DNA from: an uncultured Pseudomonadota bacterium | GTDB taxonomy: Bacteria > Pseudomonadota > Alphaproteobacteria > RF32 > CAG-239 | Reading direction: 5' to 3' | NCBI GenBank assembly: GCA_949292375.1 | Contig: CASEZG010000001.1 | Location: 131,811-195,810 of the forward strand | Length of the DNA stretch: 64,000 bases | Part shown: positions 57,276 to 64,000 of the stretch, piece by piece | Layout: each line of letters starts with the position of its first letter | Position numbering within the stretch: position 1 is the stretch's first letter | The notes under the pieces: model-generated | The model's input: the letters and a program-made list of their open reading frames with translations, nothing else | What the model was told of the DNA's origin: nothing | The model's database searches: none | Translations under genes and position numbers: made by a program

Positions 57276-58187
57276 ATGGGACGGCATAAAAAAGGCGAAG
57301 AGATTAACGGTTGGTTGGTGATTGATAAGCCGCGGGATATGGGCTCAACCGATGTGGTGAATTTTACTAGACGGTTGTTTAAGGCCAAAAAAAATGGTCA
57401 TTGCGGAACATTAGACCCTTTTGCAACGGGGGTTTTACCGATTGCTTTTGGTGAGGCAACCAAGCTTATTTCTTATGTTACGGAGGCGCGTAAAGAATAC
57501 GAGTTTGTACTTAAGTGGGGCGAAGCTACGTCAACGGCAGATACGGAAGGGGAAGTTGTGGACATATCTGACAAGGTGCCTGAAAAAGAGGAAATTTTGG
57601 CTGTGTTGCCGCTGTTTTTAGGTGAAATTGAGCAAGTTCCGCCAGTGTATTCAGCTATAAAAATCAATGGAAAACGTGCTTATGATTTGGCGCGCAAAGG
57701 TGAAGATGTGGTTATGCCTTCCCGCAAGATAAAAATTTATAATTTGGAATTAATAGAAGAATTACCGAATAATCAGGCTCGTTTTAGGGTTGAGTGTTCT
57801 AAAGGAACATATATTCGAACGCTTGGGCAAGATATTGCCTTAAAACTTGGGACGGTCGGGCATTTGAAAGAGCTTAGACGGACAAAATGCGGGAATTTCG
57901 GCCTTGATGATGCAATAACGCTTGAAAAATTGAAAAATATGGTGCATAGTAGCACTCCAAATGAAGTTTTGCTTCCGATAGAAACATATCTGCGCGACAT
58001 CGCGGTTATTGCTGTTTCGGAAGCTGATGCAGCTAAACTGAAGTTGGGACAAGGGCTTTCGCCTAGGGCTTATGGCTTGGACGGCTCGGTTGAGTATGAG
58101 GCCGTTGCTACCCATGACGGTAAGATGGTTGCGATTGTGCGAATCGACAATAGAAAAATTGCTCCGGTTCGTGTGTTTAATCTTTAA
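57276..58187 (+). CDS. truB: tRNA pseudouridine(55) synthase
   Basis: GHCGTLDPFATGVL, QVPPVYSA and CSKGTYIRTL. Confidence 0.96.
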   Translation: MGRHKKGEEINGWLVIDKPRDMGSTDVVNFTRRLFKAKKNGHCGTLDPFATGVLPIAFGEATKLISYVTEARKEYEFVLKWGEATSTADTEGEVVDISDKVPEKEEILAVLPLFLGEIEQVPPVYSAIKINGKRAYDLARKGEDVVMPSRKIKIYNLELIEELPNNQARFRVECSKGTYIRTLGQDIALKLGTVGHLKELRRTKCGNFGLDDAITLEKLKNMVHSSTPNEVLLPIETYLRDIAVIAVSEADAAKLKLGQGLSPRAYGLDGSVEYEAVATHDGKMVAIVRIDNRKIAPVRVFNL

Positions 58188-58204
58188 TATAAAAGGAAAA
58201 TGTG

Positions 58205-58474
58205 ATGTCGATTACAAATGAACAGAAACAAGAAATTATTAAAAACTTTGGTACAAAACCGGGTGATACCGGATCTGCCGAAGTTCAAATTGCTATCTGG
58301 ACAACCAGAATTAACAATTTGATTGAACACTTCAATACACACCAGAAAGATTTGCATTCTCGTCTGGGTTTGATGAAAATGGTTGGTAAACGCCGCCACC
58401 TCTTGGATCACTTGAAATCTAAGAGTGAAGAAAGATATCAAAACATTATTGAAAAACTGAATCTGCGTAAGTAA
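58205..58474 (+). CDS. rpsO: 30S ribosomal protein S15
   Basis: [21 protein letters not shown] and VGKRRHLL. Confidence 0.97.
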   Translation: MSITNEQKQEIIKNFGTKPGDTGSAEVQIAIWTTRINNLIEHFNTHQKDLHSRLGLMKMVGKRRHLLDHLKSKSEERYQNIIEKLNLRK

Positions 58475-58479
58475 GATTA

Positions 58480-58690
58480 GTTTATGCAGCATTGGGAGCG
58501 AAAAATACAAAAGAACCAAGAAACATGCAGTGCTACTGCGGTTAGTTTTTCTTTTGGATGCTTGGGTGTTACGCTTTGTGCTGTGTCGTAAATTTTGGGG
58601 TATGCGGGGCAATGGGGCTCCGCATTCCTTTTATGTCGGGAAACCGGCAAATGGTAGGAAATCTCAATTCATGGGGAATTGAGTGAGGAT
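58480..58690 (+). promoter_or_regulatory. Structured pnp 5' leader (probable RNase III processing stem)
   Basis: Long rod atgcagca...ggagcg...caaaag...gcagt/actgc...cttttg...cgcttt...tgctgtgt, plus hairpins at 58602-58625 and 58663-58683. Confidence 0.55.
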
Positions 58691-58719
58691 TGTAAGAGAA
58701 TAGATGAAAGGAAGAATTT

Positions 58720-60846
58720 ATGATCGATTTTAAAGTGTGCCGCAAAGAAATGGAATGGGGCGGACGCAAGTTGGTTTTGGAAACGGGAAAAGTTGCCAGA
58801 CAAGCCGAAGGAGCTGTTTTGGTTACTTATGGTGAAACAGAGGTTTTGGCTACAGTTTGCGCCGCAAAAGAGGTTAAGGCAGATCAGGATTTCTTCCCTT
58901 TGACCGTTAATTATCAGGAAAAATATTATGCAACGGGTAAAGTTCCCGGTGGCTTTATGAAGAGAGAAGGCAAGCCTTCTGAGCGCGAAGTTTTAATCTC
59001 TCGTTTGATTGACCGTCCGATACGCCCGCTGTTTCCGGATGCTTTTAAAAATGAAGTTCAGGTTATTTGCACGGTTTTGTCTCATGATCAACAAACAGAT
59101 TCCGATATTCCGGCAATGATTGCCGCTTCGGCTGCTTTGACAATTTCGGGTATTCCGTTCTTGGGTCCGATTGGTGCGGCTAAAGTTGGTTATATTGATG
59201 GACAGTTTGTTTTGAACCCGACAATTGAGCAGATGCCGAACACAAATTTGGAGCTCTCTGTTGCCGGTACGTCTGAAGGTGTTTTGATGGTTGAATCTGA
59301 GGCTAATGAGCTTTCAGAGGAGACAATGCTTAATGCAGTTATGTTTGGTTTTGAAAGCTTCCAGCCTGTTATTAAGATGATTAAGGAACTCAAGGCCGAA
59401 GCCGGAAAACCAGACTGGGAAGCTCCTGCTTTTCCGCCGGAGTTCGATGCTTTGTATGCTCGTATCGAAAAAGAATTTATCGGTAAATATGAAGAGGCAT
59501 TTAAGGTTACAGATAAACTTAAGAGAGGCGAGTTGGTTGGACAGGCTTCGGAAGAAGTTAAAGCAACGATTGACCCCGAAAATGAGCTTGAAATGCGTTA
59601 TGTCGGGGATGCTATTGAAAAGTTGATGCATAAAGTTGTTCGTGAGAAGGTTTTGACTACGGGACACCGTATTGATGGTCGTGATACCAAGACGGTTAGA
59701 CCAATTCAGTGCGAAGTTGATGTTTTGCCTTGTGCGCATGGTTCTGCGTTGTTTACGCGTGGCGAAACTCAGGCAATGGTTGTTACAACTTTGGGTACTG
59801 GCGATGATGCTCAGGTTGTTGACGGCTTGATGAACGAATATAAGGAAGACTTTATGTTGAACTACAACTTCCCGCCGTTTTCGGTTGGTGAATGTGGTAG
59901 AATCGGAAGTCCCGGACGTCGCGAAATCGGTCACGGTAAGCTCGCTTGGCGCGCTATTCATCCGATGATGCCGAAAAATAAGGATACTTTCCCTTATACT
60001 GTTCGTGTTGTTTCAGAGATTATGGAATCCAATGGTTCTTCTTCAATGGCAACGGTTTGCGGTACGACAATGTCTTTGATGGCTGCAGGTGTACCGATGG
60101 AAAAACCGGTTGCAGGTATTGCTATGGGCTTGATTAAGGAAGATGATGGTCGTGTGGCTGTCTTGACCGATATTTTGGGCGATGAAGACCATTTGGGCGA
60201 TATGGACTTTAAGGTTGCCGGTACGAAGGACGGCGTAACAGCTTTGCAGATGGATATTAAAATTACATCTATCACCAAAGAGATTATGCAGACGGCCTTG
60301 GCTCAGGCGCATGAGGGTCGTATTCATATTCTGGGCGAAATGGCAAAAGCTATTGCTGAGCCTCGTCCGCATGTTTCTGACCGTGCGCCGCGCATTATTG
60401 CCATTAAGATTCCGGTTGATAAAATCCGCGAAGTTATCGGTTCCGGTGGTAAGGTTATTCGTGAAATTACCGAAAAGACCAATACCAAAATTGATATTGC
60501 TGATGATGGTGTTATCAAGATTGCTTCAATCAAGAAAGAAGACGGTGAAGCCGCTTTGGATTGGATTATGGGTATTGTTGCCGAGCCGGAAGAAGGTAAG
60601 ATTTACCATGGCGTGATTACCAAGATTATGGACTTTGGTGCTTTTGTACGCTTCCTCGGAACAACCGAAGGTCTGGTTCATATTTCAGAAGTTAAGAACG
60701 AGCGTATTGCTTCTGTTTCTGACTTCTATAAAGAAGGTGATGCTATCTGGGTTAAGTGCTTGGGTACGGATAACCGTGGTAAGGTTAAACTTTCAGCAAA
60801 AAGGGTTAATCAGGAAACCGGTGAGGATTTGGAAAAGCACGAATAA
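58720..60846 (+). CDS. pnp: Polyribonucleotide nucleotidyltransferase
   Basis: [51 protein letters not shown], then KH and S1 domains. Confidence 0.97.
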   Translation: MIDFKVCRKEMEWGGRKLVLETGKVARQAEGAVLVTYGETEVLATVCAAKEVKADQDFFPLTVNYQEKYYATGKVPGGFMKREGKPSEREVLISRLIDRPIRPLFPDAFKNEVQVICTVLSHDQQTDSDIPAMIAASAALTISGIPFLGPIGAAKVGYIDGQFVLNPTIEQMPNTNLELSVAGTSEGVLMVESEANELSEETMLNAVMFGFESFQPVIKMIKELKAEAGKPDWEAPAFPPEFDALYARIEKEFIGKYEEAFKVTDKLKRGELVGQASEEVKATIDPENELEMRYVGDAIEKLMHKVVREKVLTTGHRIDGRDTKTVRPIQCEVDVLPCAHGSALFTRGETQAMVVTTLGTGDDAQVVDGLMNEYKEDFMLNYNFPPFSVGECGRIGSPGRREIGHGKLAWRAIHPMMPKNKDTFPYTVRVVSEIMESNGSSSMATVCGTTMSLMAAGVPMEKPVAGIAMGLIKEDDGRVAVLTDILGDEDHLGDMDFKVAGTKDGVTALQMDIKITSITKEIMQTALAQAHEGRIHILGEMAKAIAEPRPHVSDRAPRIIAIKIPVDKIREVIGSGGKVIREITEKTNTKIDIADDGVIKIASIKKEDGEAALDWIMGIVAEPEEGKIYHGVITKIMDFGAFVRFLGTTEGLVHISEVKNERIASVSDFYKEGDAIWVKCLGTDNRGKVKLSAKRVNQETGEDLEKHE

Positions 60847-60992
60847 TTGGTGATTAATACAGATTTTGCGGGTTGCTGACATCCTCACGTACTTCTGTGT
60901 ACGCTCCGGTGTCAGCCCCCTGAAATCTTATTACTCCCCTAATTCTTCGTGCTTTTCTTTGACGCGGAATTGGTGATTAATACAGATTTTGC
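60832..60992. repeat. RPE-like 126-bp palindrome overlapping the pnp stop, plus a 25-bp partial second copy
   Basis: gaaaagcacgaa/ttcgtgcttttc ends; core catcctcacgtac-ttctgt-gtacgctccggtg; aattggtgattaatacagattttgc at 60845 and 60968. Confidence 0.85.
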
Positions 60993-61010
60993 TGATTATG
61001 CATAAAAAAT

Positions 61011-61041
61011 GGGCTGGTTTTAAAAATCAGCTCTTTTTTTT
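61011..61041 (+). terminator. Terminator after pnp
   Basis: gggctggtt-ttaaa-aatcagctc followed by a T tract. Confidence 0.7.
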
Positions 61042-61054
61042 GTTTAAAATATGT

Positions 61055-61083
61055 TTGACAGAAGAGTCTTTTTTGTCTATTGT
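61055..61083 (+). promoter_or_regulatory. Sigma70-like promoter of orphan pair 1
   Basis: TTGACA-17-TATTGT with an extended TG. Confidence 0.65.
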
Positions 61084-61138
61084 GTAGGTAACTTTAATAT
61101 AATTGTGACTAAGAATTATAAACTTAATAATTTTAAAT

Positions 61139-61432
61139 ATGGATGCTTATTTAATTTTGTTTGCAATTGTTGTGATTGTGATCGTGGCTTTCTGGTTTTT
61201 TTTGAAAGCGTTTAGGACTCCTATTAAAGTAGAAAACGAAACTTTTAAGGTTCGTCTTTTATATTTTGATAAGGATGCATGGCTCTGTCACTTTGAAAAC
61301 GGCACAGATGTTGGGCGGGGATTTGTTTATCTTCCCGAAAAAGGACATTATGCTGGTGAAGAAGTGGAAGTTATGCTTGAGGGGAAAGAAGTGTTAGAGC
61401 TTTTTTCGCCGGTAGAAAAAGAAGAGTATTAA
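61139..61432 (+). CDS. Small orphan membrane protein
   Basis: One N-terminal TM plus a short beta-rich domain. Confidence 0.7.
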   Translation: MDAYLILFAIVVIVIVAFWFFLKAFRTPIKVENETFKVRLLYFDKDAWLCHFENGTDVGRGFVYLPEKGHYAGEEVEVMLEGKEVLELFSPVEKEEY

Positions 61433-61449
61433 CCTTAAAAAACACATTT

Positions 61450-61965
61450 ATGGAAGCTTTGAATTTAAGTATCATGGCAGTATCAATTATTATCTGCCTG
61501 ATATTGTTTTTTTATTTGCTAAGTTGGTCTTTACGCAAACGCGTGAAGCCAATTTATGTAAAAAGAAATGTTCTAACCTTTGCTTGGGTTCAGGCATTGG
61601 TACTGGAGACAGCTTTATTGCTTAATTGTGTTGTCATGGATTTTCGTGGAATTAAGACGGAATTTGATGACTATTATGCAATAATACCAATAGTTATCTC
61701 CGTTCTCTTGGGACTTATGTGCCGAGAGGTGTTATTGAAAAATTATAAGAAATATATCCACATCGGCGATAAATGTAATTTTGTTGTTGCCAGTGTGGGA
61801 GAGCGCCGATTGCAGGGCTATGTCGTTATCGGTAATAATAATTGGTTACCGGCGGAAGCGATAATTGCTCCTGAAGAAGCAGAAAAATATTTTGAAGAAC
61901 AACAAATGACAGCGGTCATTTGTGATAGGGACCCTGATAATAAGTTTCTTATTGTTGAGGTCTAG
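61450..61965 (+). CDS. Orphan membrane protein
   Basis: Three TMs plus a C-terminal beta-rich domain. Confidence 0.72.
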   Translation: MEALNLSIMAVSIIICLILFFYLLSWSLRKRVKPIYVKRNVLTFAWVQALVLETALLLNCVVMDFRGIKTEFDDYYAIIPIVISVLLGLMCREVLLKNYKKYIHIGDKCNFVVASVGERRLQGYVVIGNNNWLPAEAIIAPEEAEKYFEEQQMTAVICDRDPDNKFLIVEV

Positions 61966-61981
61966 ATTAATAATCAGCGTG

Positions 61982-62017
61982 AGAGGGGTTGCTCGTGAGA
62001 GTAGCCTCTTTCTTTTT
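61982..62017 (+). terminator. Terminator after orphan pair 1
   Basis: agaggggttgctc-gtga-gagtagcctcttt followed by a T tract; GNRA loop. Confidence 0.8.
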
Positions 62018-62022
62018 GCCTG

Positions 62023-62051
62023 TTGACACAAAAAACAGTTTTGTCTATAGT
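62023..62051 (+). promoter_or_regulatory. Sigma70-like promoter of orphan pair 2
   Basis: TTGACA-17-TATAGT with an extended TG. Confidence 0.7.
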
Positions 62052-62093
62052 TTAAGCGTTTTGATATAATTGTGAAACTTAAACTTTTTTATT

Positions 62094-62630
62094 ATGCATA
62101 TATTTATAGACAGAGTCTTGCTTTTAAGCTGTGGGCTATTGAGTTTTTTGTATCTGATCGGTGCATTTTTTATTTATTTTAAGCAAATTGTGCCGGGATA
62201 TGTCGGGATGAAGCGTTTTCGGAAAATTAGGCGGTGGCATAAGTTTTTTTGTGTCCCATTGCTTTGTTTGTTTGCCTTTTATGCTTTTACACCATGGTCA
62301 TCGTTTGGCAATTTTGAAAAAATGGTTGCTTTGGCTGTTGTTTATTTTACTTTGGCTGGTTTTTTTGTTTTCCGCTATGTGGTGGATAAGGCTTTGCTGA
62401 GTTTGAACGGGCAAAAGGTTGCCATAAAAGTTGATTTTGCTGATGAACGAGACATTGTGTATCGGATTGTTTATAAGGGCAAAAATATGGAATATGTTAA
62501 TTCCCCGCGTTATTGCTGGGAGGGATATGATTTGAAATCCGGAGATGTACTTTGGGCTCGTGTTGAGGCCAGTATTGTTGATGGAGAAGTTTGTTTAAAA
62601 TTAAAATTCTTTAGCAATGGATGCAATTAA
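62094..62630 (+). CDS. Orphan membrane protein
   Basis: Three TMs plus a C-terminal beta-rich domain. Confidence 0.72.
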   Translation: MHIFIDRVLLLSCGLLSFLYLIGAFFIYFKQIVPGYVGMKRFRKIRRWHKFFCVPLLCLFAFYAFTPWSSFGNFEKMVALAVVYFTLAGFFVFRYVVDKALLSLNGQKVAIKVDFADERDIVYRIVYKGKNMEYVNSPRYCWEGYDLKSGDVLWARVEASIVDGEVCLKLKFFSNGCN

Positions 62631-63198
62631 TTTAATCGAGAAATGGTTGTTTGTTTTTACAGATAACGTTGTGTATGTTTATTTTGCCTTTTATTTTATG
62701 TATAGATGGCGAATGAGCCCAATTTCCGTAAAAGAATGTTGGTGTTTGAATTTATTGGATGGATTTACGTATTACGTTTTGTTGCCAATGATATCAATGC
62801 TTGGATTCTTTCAGCTAACAGATTGGGGTACTTGTAATATGCTTACTATCTCTTTTAATATGGTGCTTATTATGGGTATGATGCATTTGGTACGGAAAGC
62901 TGCGGCTTCGACGTATTTTCATGTTAAAGGAGAATTGGTGGATTTGGTTGTTGTGGCAAAAAGCGACAAAGAAGCAACCTATATTCTTCAGACCCTTGAC
63001 GGATGTATCTTTTGGGAAGAAACGACCAAAGAAATTCCTTTGCTGAAGTTGTTTAATTCGGCAGAAGAGAATTGTTATTTAGTAAAAATCCGAGAGGTTA
63101 TCTTGAAAGAAGAAAACCCTTTTGTGATTGAGTTTCTGACGGAAGAAGAGGTTCGAAAAGAAATTAAAAAAATCAAAAAACAGAGAGGTTCGGAGTAG
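62617..63198 (+). CDS. Orphan membrane protein
   Basis: Three TMs plus a C-terminal beta-rich domain; overlaps the previous ORF. Confidence 0.72.
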   Translation: MDAINLIEKWLFVFTDNVVYVYFAFYFMYRWRMSPISVKECWCLNLLDGFTYYVLLPMISMLGFFQLTDWGTCNMLTISFNMVLIMGMMHLVRKAAASTYFHVKGELVDLVVVAKSDKEATYILQTLDGCIFWEETTKEIPLLKLFNSAEENCYLVKIREVILKEENPFVIEFLTEEEVRKEIKKIKKQRGSE

Positions 63199-63213
63199 TC
63201 CGAGCCTCTTTTT
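63184..63213 (+). terminator. Terminator overlapping the stop of orphan pair 2
   Basis: agaggttcgga-gtag-tccgagcctct-tttt. Confidence 0.75.
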
Positions 63214-63261
63214 GTTTTAAAAAGTCCTTGAAATATGGAAAAGAAAGTTGTATGAGTCTTT

Positions 63262-63294
63262 TTGTCGGCGGGCACCCCTGGAGGCTCGCGACAA
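63262..63294 (+). promoter_or_regulatory. rplY leader hairpin (probable autoregulatory element)
   Basis: ttgtcg-gcgggc-acccctggag-gctcgc-gacaa, a GC-rich hairpin in an AT-rich leader. Confidence 0.5.
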
Positions 63295-63324
63295 GGTGAT
63301 TAATTTTCAGTAAGGATTTTTAAT

Positions 63325-63615
63325 ATGACAAATATTACTTTTAATGCTGTTAAGCGTGAGAAAGCAGGTAAGGGGGCAGCTCGTGCATGTCGTCGTGAGG
63401 GTCGTATCCCTGCCGTTATTTATGGTGGAAACAAAGAGCCGGAACTCATCAGCTTGAACCCTGTTGAGGTTACCAAGGCTTTGGATACTTTCGGTTTCTA
63501 TGATGCCGATATCGAAGTTGTTGTTGACGGCAAGTCTCACAAGGTTATCTGTCAGGATGTGCAGTTCCATCCCGTTTCTGATGCGCCGCTGCATGTTGAC
63601 TTCTTGAGAAAATAA
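63325..63615 (+). CDS. rplY: 50S ribosomal protein L25, short single-domain form
   Basis: GKGAARACRREGRIPAVIYG and QFHPVSDAPLHVDFL; 96 aa. Confidence 0.95.
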   Translation: MTNITFNAVKREKAGKGAARACRREGRIPAVIYGGNKEPELISLNPVEVTKALDTFGFYDADIEVVVDGKSHKVICQDVQFHPVSDAPLHVDFLRK

Positions 63616-63708
63616 GTCTTATCTGTTTTTGAAACAGTTTAGGGAGAAATTGTCCGATTGTTTTGAGGATGTTTTCTCCCTTTAATTTTATGTTAGGTCG
63701 AGGTTTTG

Positions 63709-64000
63709 ATGTTTTTGATTGTGGGGTTGGGTAATCCGGGAAATGAATATGCCGAAACAAGGCATAATGTCGGTTTTATGGCGGCGGATTGTTTGGCAGA
63801 AAAATATAATTTCTCTCCTTTTAAGGCAAAGTTTGATGGGTTGGTTGCCGAAGGCGTGATTGAAGGGGAAAAAGTTTTGCTCCTTAAACCGCAAACTTTT
63901 ATGAATCTTTCCGGAAACGCGGTGGTTAAGGCTGCTTCTTTTTATAAAATATTGCCGCAAAATGTGGTTGTGATTCATGATGATATGGACTTGCAGCCGG
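63709..64000 (+). CDS. pth: Peptidyl-tRNA hydrolase (partial, runs off window end)
   Basis: [23 protein letters not shown]...[12 protein letters not shown]...VIHDDMDL, translated by hand. Confidence 0.95.
   Translation, partial: MFLIVGLGNPGNEYAETRHNVGFMAADCLAEKYNFSPFKAKFDGLVAEGVIEGEKVLLLKPQTFMNLSGNAVVKAASFYKILPQNVVVIHDDMDLQP

Noticed and set aside
58480-58690. Novel ncRNA between rpsO and pnp
   Set aside because: Adequately explained by the known RNase III-processed pnp leader, so it is listed as a regulatory feature only.

Overview
Chromosomal backbone of an AT-rich alphaproteobacterium, probably host-associated and fermentative or anaerobic (inference; resembles uncultured gut Rhodospirillales-like lineages). 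It holds typical alphaproteobacterial clusters: secB-tim44-mltA-smr, tsaD, mic60-hemY, aroK/xerD, lptF-lptD-surA-rsmA, grpE, rph-rdgB-addBA-trxA, hslVU-hemW, comM, rpsF-rpsR-rplI, ftsK, fabDG, rimP-nusA-infB-rbfA-truB-rpsO-pnp and rplY-pth. Several usual neighbours are missing from these clusters (hemC/hemD, aroB, lptG, pdxA, hrcA, acpP). Accessory metabolism: a trimeric [FeFe]-hydrogenase with a truncated beta subunit, an archaeal-type ADP-dependent glucokinase and a long GT5 glycogen synthase. Main unexplained signals: (1) a family of ~125-bp Rickettsia-palindromic-element (RPE)-like hairpins, tandemly amplified in frame at the 5' end of hemW and overlapping the stop codons of xerD and pnp in the same register; (2) a ~180-nt highly base-paired, possibly pseudoknotted candidate ncRNA between trxA and hemW; (3) orphan proteins built from serine-less ACP-like repeats; (4) self-contained orphan gene cassettes with shared promoter and leader motifs; (5) an ftsK broken by a 27-bp duplication plus a frameshifting deletion. 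No tRNA, rRNA, CRISPR array or transposase was seen. All family assignments come from motif recognition by eye, not from database searches.
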